A stretch of DNA of 46,991 nt from an uncultured Gammaproteobacteria bacterium (GCA_964645885.1 CAZYCO010000008.1:7171-54161); one strand, 5' to 3'; numbered from the stretch's first letter, positions 11,153 to 21,129 are shown. The notes: generated by a model not told the origin, from the sequence alone. Translations and numbers: made by a program.

Positions 11153-12238
11153 ATGTCAAAACAAACACCACTATATTCTGAGCATGTTCGTTTAGGAGCC
11201 AAAATAGTTGATTTTGGTGGTTGGCAGATGCCACTTCATTATGGATCACAATTAGAAGAGCACGAGCGCGTCCGACGTGATGCAGGATGGTTTGATGTAT
11301 CGCATATGACTGTCGTTGATTTATTAGGTGTAGGCGGACGTTCTTTCCTTCGATACCTTCTTGCTAATGACGTAGATAAGCTACAACAAGGCCAAGCCCT
11401 TTATTCATGTATGTTGAATGATCAAGGCGGTGTAATTGATGATTTAATTGTTTATTACCGTAGTCCAGATAACTATCGTTTAGTGTTAAATGCGTCTACT
11501 CGCGATAAAGATTTAGCATGGATTCATAAACAAGCAGTTGGTTTTTCAGTTGGCGTACAAGAACGAACTGATCTTGCAATGATTGCAATTCAAGGACCAA
11601 ATGCAATTTCAAAATTAAAGTCAATTGATCAACAGTTTGAACAACTTTCAAATCTGAAAAATTTTTACACATTAGAACAAGCAGATTTATTTATTGCTCG
11701 TACAGGTTACACAGGTGAAGATGGCGTAGAAATTATTTTACCTCAAACTCAAATCGTAGAATTTGCACAAAAACTCGTAGAACACGATATTAAACCTTGT
11801 GGTTTAGGTGCACGTGATACATTGCGTTTAGAAGCAGGACTAAATTTATATGGCTCTGATATGACAGAAGACACTTCTCCACTTGAATCTAATCTTGCTT
11901 GGACAATTGCTTGGTCACCTGATGATCGAGAATTTATTGGCAGAACAGCATTGGAAGTGCAAAAACGTGCTGGTATTCGTCAAAAATTAGTTGGACTTAT
12001 CTTAGAAGACAAAGGCGTGATGCGCAGTCATCAAAAAGTAATTGTTACTGATAAAGGTGAAGGAGAAATTACCAGCGGTACATTCTCTCCAACACTTAAT
12101 TGCTCTATTGCATTAGCACGTGTTCCAGCTGCTACTACTAACACTTGTTTTGTTGATATTCGTGGAAAATTAATGCAAGCAAGAGTTGTAAAACCACGTT
12201 TTGTAAAACACGGTAAATCAATTGTTGAAAATATTTAA
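11153..12238 (+). CDS. gcvT: Glycine cleavage system aminomethyltransferase (T protein)
   Basis: MSKQTPLYSEHVRLGAKIVDFGGWQMPLHYGSQLEEH. 361 aa from the corrected start. Confidence 0.95.
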   Translation: MSKQTPLYSEHVRLGAKIVDFGGWQMPLHYGSQLEEHERVRRDAGWFDVSHMTVVDLLGVGGRSFLRYLLANDVDKLQQGQALYSCMLNDQGGVIDDLIVYYRSPDNYRLVLNASTRDKDLAWIHKQAVGFSVGVQERTDLAMIAIQGPNAISKLKSIDQQFEQLSNLKNFYTLEQADLFIARTGYTGEDGVEIILPQTQIVEFAQKLVEHDIKPCGLGARDTLRLEAGLNLYGSDMTEDTSPLESNLAWTIAWSPDDREFIGRTALEVQKRAGIRQKLVGLILEDKGVMRSHQKVIVTDKGEGEITSGTFSPTLNCSIALARVPAATTNTCFVDIRGKLMQARVVKPRFVKHGKSIVENI

Positions 12239-12259
12239 AGAGAATAGGGGAAAAATAGT

Positions 12260-12655
12260 ATGAGTAGTATGGTTCCAAAAGAATTGAAATATACCCAAAC
12301 TCATGAATGGGTTCGTGAAGAAAGTAATGGGACATTAACTGTTGGTATTACGGATCATGCGCAACAATTATTAGGTGACATGGTTTATGTTGAATTACCT
12401 GACGTTGATAAAACATTAAAAGCTACAGTTGAAGCAGGTGTTGTTGAATCTGTGAAAGCAGCATCCGATATTTATAGTCCTGTTTCGGGAAAAATTACCG
12501 AAGTGAATCAAACTGTTGTAGCTAATCCAAGTATTGTAAATAGTGATCCATATGGTGAAGGTTGGTTATTTAAAATTGAACCTGAGCAAAAACAAGATAT
12601 AAATCAATTACTGGATGCAAATGCATACAGTACTCAAATTGCTGATGAAGAATAG
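12260..12655 (+). CDS. gcvH: Glycine cleavage system H protein
   Basis: ELKYTQTHEWV plus the lipoyl-lysine motif VESVKAASD. Confidence 0.95.
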   Translation: MSSMVPKELKYTQTHEWVREESNGTLTVGITDHAQQLLGDMVYVELPDVDKTLKATVEAGVVESVKAASDIYSPVSGKITEVNQTVVANPSIVNSDPYGEGWLFKIEPEQKQDINQLLDANAYSTQIADEE

Positions 12656-12670
12656 AAGAGAAAGTTAGTT

Positions 12671-14077
12671 ATGCCATTTATTCCACATACTGAAAATGAT
12701 ATTGCAACTATGTTAGATGCTATCGGTGTCGACAGTATCGAAACACTTTTTGATGAAATTCCAGCGCATTTACGTGCTCGTGGGTTACAACACGTTCCAT
12801 CAGGTTTAACTGAAGTTGAAATGGCTCGTGTCATGCGCGAAAAAGCAGCTGCTGATAAAAATGACCTTTGTTTTATTGGTGCTGGTGCATATGAGCATCA
12901 TATCCCTTTTGCTGTATGGGATATTGCAAGTCGTGGCGAATTCATGACGGCTTATACGCCTTATCAAGCAGAAGCAAGTCAGGGCACATTACAATTGTTA
13001 TATGAATATCAAACAATGATGGCCCATTTAATGGGATTAGATGTTTCAAACGCGTCTTTGTATGACGGTGCATCTGCGGTAGCTGAATCAATTTTAATGG
13101 CTGTACGTGCTAATCGTAATAACACTTCTAAAAATGTTTTATTTTTAGGAACAATTCATCCGTATTACAAACGAGTCATTCAAAGTATTGTTTCTCATCA
13201 AGGTATTAACTTAATTGAAATTCCTTTTTCGTCTAAACAAGGTCGTGTTGAAGCAAACCAACTTGATCAATTTGCAAAAGAATCACCAGTTGCATTAATT
13301 ATTCAACAACCAAATTTCTTTGGCGTAATTGAAGAAATAGATCAACTAACAGATTGGGCCCATGCACAAAATGCTTTTGTAATTGCTGTGGTAAATCCAA
13401 CTGCAACAGCAGTATTAAAAGAACCTGGTAAATGGGGACAAAAAGGCGCAGATATTGCATGTGGTGAAGGACAACCATTAGGTGTACCACTTGCATCAGG
13501 TGGGCCTTATTTTGGTTTTATGTGCTGTAAGCAAGAGCTTGTTCGCCATATGCCTGGACGAATTATTGGTCGAACAGTTGATCGTGATGGTAAACCTGGA
13601 TTTACTTTAACTTTGCAAGCACGTGAACAACATATTCGTCGTGCAAAAGCGACTTCTAATATCTGTACCAATCAAGGATTACTCGTAACAGCAGCAACAA
13701 TTTATATGAGCTTATTAGGCTTTGAAGGATTACGCTCTGTTGCTTTGCAATCTCATCAAAATACTAAAAAACTGTTAGAAAAATGTTTATCAGTAAAAGG
13801 TGTTGAGCAAGTATTTCATACGCCATTTTTTCATGAAATTGTTTTACGTATGCCAATTTCGGCATCAATTGTCTTAGAAGAGATGGCTGCACAAGGTATT
13901 CAAGCAGGTTTTGATCTTTCAGAAGAATATCCAGCATTTTCAAATTGCTTATTAATTTGCGCAACCGAAACAAAATCAGAACAAGATCTTGAAAAATTTG
14001 TGCAAGTTTTGAAGTCAATTATGAATAAACATAATTCTGGAGCTGGTAATCATTTATCTACAAATGCTCTAGTTTAA
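12671..14077 (+). CDS. gcvPA: Glycine dehydrogenase (decarboxylating) subunit 1
   Basis: [19 protein letters not shown]. 468 aa, the N-terminal half of a split P protein. Confidence 0.93.
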   Translation: MPFIPHTENDIATMLDAIGVDSIETLFDEIPAHLRARGLQHVPSGLTEVEMARVMREKAAADKNDLCFIGAGAYEHHIPFAVWDIASRGEFMTAYTPYQAEASQGTLQLLYEYQTMMAHLMGLDVSNASLYDGASAVAESILMAVRANRNNTSKNVLFLGTIHPYYKRVIQSIVSHQGINLIEIPFSSKQGRVEANQLDQFAKESPVALIIQQPNFFGVIEEIDQLTDWAHAQNAFVIAVVNPTATAVLKEPGKWGQKGADIACGEGQPLGVPLASGGPYFGFMCCKQELVRHMPGRIIGRTVDRDGKPGFTLTLQAREQHIRRAKATSNICTNQGLLVTAATIYMSLLGFEGLRSVALQSHQNTKKLLEKCLSVKGVEQVFHTPFFHEIVLRMPISASIVLEEMAAQGIQAGFDLSEEYPAFSNCLLICATETKSEQDLEKFVQVLKSIMNKHNSGAGNHLSTNALV

Positions 14078-14120
14078 CAATTAGTAAATACATCTTTTTA
14101 TTATTTATAAAGGTATCGTT

Positions 14121-15389
14121 ATGGTTTTATCGCATAAGTATTTTCCAATGTGGGTTCGAATTTTTTTGGGCCTCATACTCGGTGTGGTAGCAGGATTTGT
14201 AATTGGTGAACCTGTCAAACATTTAAAACCTATTGGCGATATTTTTATTACATTAATACGCATGGTTGTCATGCCTGTGATTTTCGTTTCACTTGTTTGT
14301 GGTGTGACAGCCATGAAAGATTTGAAGCAAATGGGACGAGTCGCTTTTAAAACATTAATTATTTACTCGTTCACTATGGCATTTGCAGCAGCCATGGCAA
14401 TGATTTTGTCTACAGCTTTTCACGTTGGTGATGGTCTAAATTATAGTGTAACGTCCTCCGGTACAGGTGCAGGCGCTGAAAAAATTCCAACGCTTTACGA
14501 TACATTAATGAGTATTTTTCCATCCAATCCATTTAAAGCTTTAGCAGAAGGACAAGTTTTACCAGTAATCTTGTTTGCTATATTTTTTGGTCTTGCGATT
14601 AATCTTTCAGGAAAACAAGGTGAAGCAGTTCGCAATTTCTTTGATTCAATGAATCATGTGGTATTTAGATTAATTAATATGGTTTTGTGGTTTGCACCAT
14701 TTGGTATTTTCGCATTAATGGCATATGTCACTGCAGATAATGGTTTTTCTATTTTAGAGCAGCTCGCGAAAGTTGTAGGCACTATGTATTTATCATGTTC
14801 AATTTTGATTTTGGGTGTCTATAGTCTGTTGCTTGTTGTATTTGGTATTAAACCATGGCCTTTCATTAAAAAAATGTTACCGGTGCAATTGTTTGCTTTT
14901 TCAACCACAAGTAGTAATGCAACTTTGCCACTTAATATGAAAACTGCTGAAACACAATTAGGTGTACCAAATAGTATTGCGAGTTTTGTATTACCGCTTG
15001 GCGCCACTATAAATATGAATGGTCTTGCGACATATTTAGGAATCGTCACTATTTTTGCAGCGAATGCTTACGGCATACATTTAACACTCGCACAAAAATT
15101 CACAGCAGTATTAACAACAACATTAGCTGCAATTGGTGCTGCAGGTGTGCCGGGTACAGCATTAGTTGTAATGAGTTTAGTTTTAGCTTCAGTTGGTTTA
15201 CCACTAGAAGTAATCGCAGTTATCGCTGCAGTTGATCGTATTCTCGATATGATGAGCACATTAACTAACGTATCTGGTGATACTTTAGCAGCAGTTCTTG
15301 TTGCTAAAACTGAAAAAGATTTAGATAAAAAAGTATATGAAAGCAAGATGAGTGAACATGATGATCTTGCTGAAATTCCAGAGAAATAA
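14121..15389 (+). CDS. Dicarboxylate/amino acid:cation symporter (DAACS/GltP family), predicted neutral amino acid substrate
   Basis: Family motifs are present: IRMVVMPVIFVSLVCGV, SSNATLP, NMNG (the NMDG position) and DRILDMMSTLTNVSGD (the DxxxDRxRTxxNVxGD position). About 8 TM segments plus hairpins. 422 aa. Confidence 0.85.
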   Translation: MVLSHKYFPMWVRIFLGLILGVVAGFVIGEPVKHLKPIGDIFITLIRMVVMPVIFVSLVCGVTAMKDLKQMGRVAFKTLIIYSFTMAFAAAMAMILSTAFHVGDGLNYSVTSSGTGAGAEKIPTLYDTLMSIFPSNPFKALAEGQVLPVILFAIFFGLAINLSGKQGEAVRNFFDSMNHVVFRLINMVLWFAPFGIFALMAYVTADNGFSILEQLAKVVGTMYLSCSILILGVYSLLLVVFGIKPWPFIKKMLPVQLFAFSTTSSNATLPLNMKTAETQLGVPNSIASFVLPLGATINMNGLATYLGIVTIFAANAYGIHLTLAQKFTAVLTTTLAAIGAAGVPGTALVVMSLVLASVGLPLEVIAVIAAVDRILDMMSTLTNVSGDTLAAVLVAKTEKDLDKKVYESKMSEHDDLAEIPEK

Positions 15390-15410
15390 TTAACAGCGAA
15401 ATTTTCGCTA

Positions 15411-15468
15411 ATGAACCCTCACCTGCCCATGACAAGCGTGGGCATTCTCTCCCGCGACGCGGAAGAGG
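15411..15468 (+). repeat. Family-2 intergenic palindromic repeat, copy 1 (within the gcv operon)
   Basis: ATGAACCCTCACCTGCCC..TGCCCAtgacaagcgTGGGCA..CTCTCCCGCgacGCGGAAGAGG. It shares an 18/19-nt head and double-hairpin organisation with 21134-21190. Confidence 0.65.
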
Positions 15469-15489
15469 AAAATAAGGAGTAAATTTTAT

Positions 15490-16947
15490 ATGGCTGAATT
15501 AATTTTTGAATTATCACAACCAGGGCGCGTTGCAAAACCACATGTTTTAGCAACAACGGAAAATCTAAGCGATATTCCAAAAGAATATTTACGCCAACAA
15601 AAACCATTGATGCCTGAAGTTTCAGAGCTACAAGTTGTTAGACATTACACTCGTTTGTCCCAACAAAATTTTTCAATTGATACGCATTTCTATCCGCTTG
15701 GATCATGCTCGATGAAATACAATCCACGCGCAGCACATCGATTGGCATCGCTACCAGAATTTTTAGCCCGCCATCCTTTAACACTGGAAAAAAATAGCCA
15801 AGGTTTTTTGAGTTGCATGTATGAATTACAAGAGATTTTAAAAGATGTAACTGGCATGAAAGGTGTTTCATTAACACCAATGGCAGGTGCGCAAGGTGAA
15901 TTTGCTGGTGTATCAATGATTCGCGCTTATCACGATGCTAGAGGCAATCATGCAAGACGTGAGATCTTAATTCCTGATGCAGCACATGGAACAAATCCTG
16001 CAACTGCAATGATGGCTGGTTTTTCCGTCAAAGAAATTCCAACTGATGCTGAAGGTGATATTGATTTAACTGCATTAAAAGCAGCACTTGGGCCACAAAC
16101 TGCAGGGATTATGTTAACTAATCCATCAACAATTGGTGTATTCGAACGACAAATTGAAACTATTGCAAAAATGGTACATGAAGCAGGCGGATTACTTTAT
16201 TACGATGGTGCAAATTTAAATGCGATTCTCGGAAAAGTACGTCCTGGTGATATGGGTTTTGATGTGATGCATTTAAATTTACATAAAACATTTGCGACAC
16301 CACATGGTGGTGGCGGTCCAGGATCAGGGCCAGTTGCAGTTGCTGAACGCTTAGTTCCATTTTTACCAACACCAATAGTTGGTTTGGAAAATGGTCAATA
16401 TCGTTGGCTGACCCAAAACGATTTACCACAAACAATTGGTCGTTTATCTGCGTTCATGGGCAATGCAGGTATTTTAATGCGCGCTTATATTTATGCGCGT
16501 TTACTTGGAAAAGAAGGTTTAGTGCGAGTTGGTGAATTTGCCACACTAAATGCAAATTATTTGATGAAGCAATTACAAAAAGCTGGTTATCAATTAGCGT
16601 TTCCAAAACGTAGAGCAACACACGAATTTATTGTGACGCTAAAACAAGAAGCAAAACAACTGGGTGTTACTGCAATGGATATCGCAAAACGCTTACTTGA
16701 TTATGGTTTTCATGCACCAACAACTTATTTCCCATTACTTGTTCCAGAATGTTTGTTAATCGAACCTACAGAAACAGAAGCGAAAGAAACACTTGATCAA
16801 TTTGTTGTTGCTATGACAAAAATTTTGGAAGAAGCGAAAACCAATCCTGAATTACTTAAAAATGCACCAGTCACACAACCAGTGAAACGTTTGGATGATG
16901 TTAAAGCAGCTCGTGAATTAGATTTAGTGTGGGAAAAGAAAGATTAA
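15490..16947 (+). CDS. gcvPB: Glycine dehydrogenase (decarboxylating) subunit 2
   Basis: PLP-lysine region [18 protein letters not shown]. 485 aa. RBS AAGGAG. Confidence 0.93.
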   Translation: MAELIFELSQPGRVAKPHVLATTENLSDIPKEYLRQQKPLMPEVSELQVVRHYTRLSQQNFSIDTHFYPLGSCSMKYNPRAAHRLASLPEFLARHPLTLEKNSQGFLSCMYELQEILKDVTGMKGVSLTPMAGAQGEFAGVSMIRAYHDARGNHARREILIPDAAHGTNPATAMMAGFSVKEIPTDAEGDIDLTALKAALGPQTAGIMLTNPSTIGVFERQIETIAKMVHEAGGLLYYDGANLNAILGKVRPGDMGFDVMHLNLHKTFATPHGGGGPGSGPVAVAERLVPFLPTPIVGLENGQYRWLTQNDLPQTIGRLSAFMGNAGILMRAYIYARLLGKEGLVRVGEFATLNANYLMKQLQKAGYQLAFPKRRATHEFIVTLKQEAKQLGVTAMDIAKRLLDYGFHAPTTYFPLLVPECLLIEPTETEAKETLDQFVVAMTKILEEAKTNPELLKNAPVTQPVKRLDDVKAARELDLVWEKKD

Positions 16948-17081
16948 TTCTTGATTAAGAGATATAAAAAATAAACTCAACTTTTTTATTCTATTAAGTT
17001 TTTGCTAATGCAATGATGAGAAAATTCTCATAGACTCCGCGCGCAAAAACATAATAAATAAATAAGTTGAGGATTTTTTAA

Positions 17082-18650
17082 ATGATTAGCACTGAAGATT
17101 TAAAATCAGTGCAGGATGCAGAACAACCACAAGGATCAGTTTTAATTTCAAATAATCAAACTGCAAATTATTCATCAAACACTGCGGCTTTAGGTAATCT
17201 CAAATTAAAAAAAGATAATACAAAACAAGTCTTAAAACTTGAGCGCAAAGCTAGTCTCGCAAAAAATCTTTTTCCTGAAGAAAATAAAGAAAATGAAGCA
17301 CCAAATGATAATGTACAATCTACACCACAACGTTCTTCGCGCCGAATAGCAGGCTTGCCCTTAACTGAAGAAGAACAATTTTTATATAATATTAATGCTC
17401 ATGACAAAAAAACACCTATCATTGCGCCACCTATCAAATATCCACATCGTTTTGAAAAAACACCAGCACAATTGAAAGTAGTTCCTAGGCCATATCAAGA
17501 CGAAAGCAAAAAAAAATTAGCTATTCCACAAGAAAAAATAGATAAAGATTTAAAAAATTTAAAAAACTTTAAAGAAGAAAAAGTTCAAATTGAATCGCAA
17601 AAAGTAAACGGTGTACGAATTTGTAAAGATGCGAATGATGTTGTACTGGAAAAATATTTCACAGTTAAATTAACTTGCACTAAATTAACTTTTTTTGCTA
17701 GTCCTCTTCTGCCTACAGACCGTCGTAGACATTTTGGCAATGTAAGATTTGATCAATCCATAATGGACTCGAGAATAAAAAAAATAGAAGAATTAAATAA
17801 AAAATCAAAAACAGATATTAAAACATTGCAAAAAGTTTCTTTAGATAAAATTAATGAGAATGAAGATTATTTGCTATCAATTCAACCCGCACCACAAGTT
17901 GCAGTTAAAGAATTTTTTCGCGTTCCAGTGACTTGGGATGTAATAAAAAGATGGCAGAGGATCGCACAAAGCGGTCGTAAACCTTCTCAATGTGATGTAA
18001 TGGGAATTAGTGCCGGTGAATATGTACAACTTTTCGGTTTTGATGATCCATTAGATTTGCGAGGTAAAAGTAATTGGGAATGGTTACATTTGCTCGCGTT
18101 TTCATTAGGTGGCCCAGATAATAAATATCCACAGTTAGATAAGAATTGGGATGGCGATATTAAAAATTTGCAAGGTCCGCAGTCATGTAGAAATTTAGTT
18201 GCAGGCCCAGTAGGGACCAATACCTGGATGATGATAGGTGAATTCCCACCACATTATTTATTAGTTGATCACAAAGCTAAAGTTGAGAAAGTTTTTATTT
18301 CTGCGCGAGCAGAATTATTTCCAAATACACATATCGCGAAAAAAATTCTTTACACAATTGCTTGGACGCCTAAAGGTTGTACTGAAGAAAAATCAGTTAG
18401 TTTTAAATTTAATCCACTACGTTTTGATGCGCCAACTAAAGCATTAGAAAATTATTTAAGAAAAATTATTGATCGAGAAATGAAACATCAGCATACACAA
18501 AATGATGTCTCTAACACCACAACTCAAAATAAAGTTGCACTCAAACCACAATTTATCGATTTAGATGAAGTTGATGAGTTAAATAACAACAATAATAATC
18601 AAAATAACGATGATGTAACGCCATCTGTATCAATTGCAATAAAACAATAG
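17082..18650 (+). CDS. Orphan 522-aa protein: disordered Lys/Glu/Asn-rich N-terminus and a C-terminal domain with an HNH/His-Me-finger-like motif
   Basis: RBS GAGGA 8 nt upstream. The motif is NWEWLHLLAFSLGG...(insert)...NLQGPQSCRNLVAGPVGTNTWMM at about nt 18072-18233. Poly-Asn acidic tail is DEVDELNNNNNNQNNDDVTPSVSIAIKQ. No family recognised with certainty. Confidence 0.7.
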   Translation: MISTEDLKSVQDAEQPQGSVLISNNQTANYSSNTAALGNLKLKKDNTKQVLKLERKASLAKNLFPEENKENEAPNDNVQSTPQRSSRRIAGLPLTEEEQFLYNINAHDKKTPIIAPPIKYPHRFEKTPAQLKVVPRPYQDESKKKLAIPQEKIDKDLKNLKNFKEEKVQIESQKVNGVRICKDANDVVLEKYFTVKLTCTKLTFFASPLLPTDRRRHFGNVRFDQSIMDSRIKKIEELNKKSKTDIKTLQKVSLDKINENEDYLLSIQPAPQVAVKEFFRVPVTWDVIKRWQRIAQSGRKPSQCDVMGISAGEYVQLFGFDDPLDLRGKSNWEWLHLLAFSLGGPDNKYPQLDKNWDGDIKNLQGPQSCRNLVAGPVGTNTWMMIGEFPPHYLLVDHKAKVEKVFISARAELFPNTHIAKKILYTIAWTPKGCTEEKSVSFKFNPLRFDAPTKALENYLRKIIDREMKHQHTQNDVSNTTTQNKVALKPQFIDLDEVDELNNNNNNQNNDDVTPSVSIAIKQ

Positions 18651-18674
18651 AATTTTAAACATGAAATAAGCAGG

Positions 18675-19667
18675 CTATTTAGTCTGCTTATTTTTCTTAC
18701 TATCTATTCGCAACTCTTCAACTAAGTTTCTCATATCATCAGGAAGCGGCGCTTCAAATTTTAAAAGTTTTTTAGTTTTTGGATGCGTTAATTCTAAACA
18801 TCTAGCATGTAATGCTTGATGTTTAAATGAACGAAAACAATCTTTTAATTCTTCCGAAGCGTTTTTAGGAAATTGCAGGCGACTGTATTCTTGATCACCG
18901 ATTAACGGATGACCTAAGTGCGTCATATGCACTCGAATTTGATGCGTACGTCCGGTTTCTAACACAACTCGAATCCAAGTATGTGCGCGAAATTTTTCCT
19001 GAATACGAAAGTGAGTAATGGCTTCTTTACCATCTTCAGTTACTGCCATTTTGGTACGAAGAGTAGGGTGTCTACCAATTGGTTTATCGATAGTGCCGCC
19101 ACTAATTAAAATACCATTAACGATTGCATCATATTCACGATGAATATTTCTTGCTTGTAATGCTTTTATTAAATAAGTGTGCGCTTCTAATGTTTTAGCA
19201 ATGACTAATAGACCTGAAGTATTTTTATCTAAACGATGCACAATACCAGCACGTGGTAATGCTTTTAAATTTGGATCGTGATGAAGTAGTGCATTTGCAA
19301 GAGTATGTTCGCGATTGCCTGCACCTGGATGGGTTACTAAGCCAACTGGTTTATTAATAATTAAAATATCTTGGTCTTCGTAAATAATGTTCAGTGGAAT
19401 ATCTTCTGGTTTACATTCTGTTTGAATGCAAATCGCGGCATTAATTGCAATATGTTCGCCGCCTTTTACTTTATCTTTGGCGCGCATCGCTTTGCCATTA
19501 ATCTGAATCCATTCTTTCTTTAACCATTCTTGTAATACCGTTCTAGAATAGTCTGGGAATAACTCTTGTAATGCTTGATCAAGTCGTTTACCTGCAAAAT
19601 CATCAGGAACAACAGCTTCAAGAGATACTTTTTTTTGGTTTTCTGTAGGCGTAGGATTTAATGACAT
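18675..19667 (-). CDS. rluD: 23S rRNA pseudouridine synthase D
   Basis: S4-like N-terminal domain, catalytic HRLDKNTSGLL, and GRTHQIRVH. Divergent from bamD, as in E. coli. Confidence 0.93.
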   Translation of the reverse strand: MSLNPTPTENQKKVSLEAVVPDDFAGKRLDQALQELFPDYSRTVLQEWLKKEWIQINGKAMRAKDKVKGGEHIAINAAICIQTECKPEDIPLNIIYEDQDILIINKPVGLVTHPGAGNREHTLANALLHHDPNLKALPRAGIVHRLDKNTSGLLVIAKTLEAHTYLIKALQARNIHREYDAIVNGILISGGTIDKPIGRHPTLRTKMAVTEDGKEAITHFRIQEKFRAHTWIRVVLETGRTHQIRVHMTHLGHPLIGDQEYSRLQFPKNASEELKDCFRSFKHQALHARCLELTHPKTKKLLKFEAPLPDDMRNLVEELRIDSKKNKQTK

Positions 19668-19714
19668 GATCGCTTAGAATCGCTCAACTTTTTTATATGG
19701 ATTGGAAAGTTGCC

Positions 19715-20647
19715 ATGATAACAAAAAATTTCAAATTATTTTTAGCTATTTTGATTGGAATTTTACTTATTTCGGGGTGCAGCAAGTCAAAAAGTGACCC
19801 TTTTAGAAAGTTTAATGCTCAGCAACTTTATGAAAAAGGCGAGTTCAACTTAGCCAACAAGGAATACCAAACGGCTATTTCTCTTTTTGAAGCCTTAGAT
19901 GCGCGTTATCCGTTCTCAATTTATGCCGAACAAGCGCAACTCGATATTATTTACGCTTACTATAAAGCTGGTGACAAAGCTTCTGCAGTAGCAGCAGCTG
20001 ATCGATATATTCAAATTTATCCAGCAAGTCCTAATGTTGATTACGCTTATTATTTAAAGGGAATTGCAAATTACGACCAAGAACATGGATTTTTACAACG
20101 CTACGTCAATATTAATGATGCGCAACGAGATTTAGGTACCGCTTTTGAAGCGTATCAAGATTTCAATACCTTAATTCAGCGTTTTCCAGATAGTAAATAT
20201 GCACCAGACGCCAGAAAACGAATGATTCACTTACGTGAGTTATTAGCAAGACATGACTATGAAATCGCAGAATACTATTACAAACGTGGTTCTTATGTTG
20301 CGGCAATAAATAGAGCGCAAGGGGTCATTCATAATTTCCCGCAAACTGCAGCAACTGAGCCAGCGCTTATTTTGCTATTTAAAGCCAACCGGAAATTAGG
20401 CTTAACCAAAGCGGCAGACGATGCTTTGCGAATTTTGAAACTAAATTACCCAAACTCTAGTTATCTACTTAAGCATGAAGCTAAGCAAAGTAAACCTGCG
20501 GAAAATACTGAGAAAACCTCGGAAAATACGCAGAAACAGCAAAGTAGTAACGAAACCGCTCCACCTCAAAAGAAGAAAAAATGGGCTATGCTTTATCAAA
20601 AGCTGTTCGAAAAGGGGAGAGAACCACTATGGCAGTCCACAAACTAA
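19715..20647 (+). CDS. bamD: Outer membrane assembly lipoprotein BamD (YfiO/ComL)
   Basis: Lipobox LLISGC followed by TPR-like repeats (YEKGEFNLANKEYQTAISLFEAL...). I preferred the second ATG (19715) because of an upstream GGAAAG; 19697 is also possible. Lys/Gln-rich C-terminal extension. Confidence 0.88.
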   Translation: MITKNFKLFLAILIGILLISGCSKSKSDPFRKFNAQQLYEKGEFNLANKEYQTAISLFEALDARYPFSIYAEQAQLDIIYAYYKAGDKASAVAAADRYIQIYPASPNVDYAYYLKGIANYDQEHGFLQRYVNINDAQRDLGTAFEAYQDFNTLIQRFPDSKYAPDARKRMIHLRELLARHDYEIAEYYYKRGSYVAAINRAQGVIHNFPQTAATEPALILLFKANRKLGLTKAADDALRILKLNYPNSSYLLKHEAKQSKPAENTEKTSENTQKQQSSNETAPPQKKKKWAMLYQKLFEKGREPLWQSTN

Positions 20648-20664
20648 CTATTGGTAAGGTGATT

Positions 20665-21129
20665 ATGAATAACAAACATTCAGGCATTCAGGATAAGAAA
20701 GCGGTTGTTGAAAAATTGTGTCACGTACTTGCCGACACTTATTTGCTCTATCTTAAAACTCAAAATTTTCATTGGAATGTACGAGGTCCATTATTCCGCG
20801 ATCTTCATAAATTATTTGAAGAGCAATATACCGAACTTGCAGAAGCGATTGATGTTGTTGCAGAACGTATTCGTGCTTTAGATGCTTTTGCACCTGCTTC
20901 ATTTGCAGAATTTTCTAAACTTTCTCAAATTAAAGAAGAAACAAAGCATTTAAAAGCGGAAGCGATGATCAAACAATTAATTTCTGATCATGAAAAAATA
21001 GATGCTTATTTACATGAAATTTTTAATTCTGTTCAAAGTACGGGTGATGAAGCAACTGCTGATTTGCTTATTGAACGAATGACAGCGCATGAAAAAACAA
21101 TCTGGATGTTGAAAAGTTTTTTTGAATGA
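20665..21129 (+). CDS. dps: DNA-binding ferritin-like protein Dps
   Basis: LYLKTQNFHWNVRGPLFRDLHKLFEEQY ferroxidase-site region. The corrected start (ATG 20665, RBS AAGGTG) gives 154 aa. The track ORF from 20581 overlaps the bamD end. Confidence 0.9.
   Translation: MNNKHSGIQDKKAVVEKLCHVLADTYLLYLKTQNFHWNVRGPLFRDLHKLFEEQYTELAEAIDVVAERIRALDAFAPASFAEFSKLSQIKEETKHLKAEAMIKQLISDHEKIDAYLHEIFNSVQSTGDEATADLLIERMTAHEKTIWMLKSFFE

Noticed and set aside
12138-16435. Numerous antisense or alternative-frame ORFs inside gcv genes and the transporter (for example 12634-12834, 13299-13496, 13764-14018, 14105-14314, 14819-15049, 15068-15346, 15638-15916, 16160-16435). Similar ORFs occur inside other well-supported genes across the window.
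   Set aside because: Each is fully embedded in a CDS with clear family motifs on the other strand or frame. Their compositions are odd (Leu/Ile/Phe/Lys-rich or repeat-derived) and none has a convincing RBS.
17108-17122. GCAGGAUGC mini-hairpin with a GGA loop about 30 nt into the 522-aa ORF, as a possible additional CsrA site.
   Set aside because: The stem is 3 bp, the site is inside coding sequence, and it has only a single GGA. This is indistinguishable from chance.
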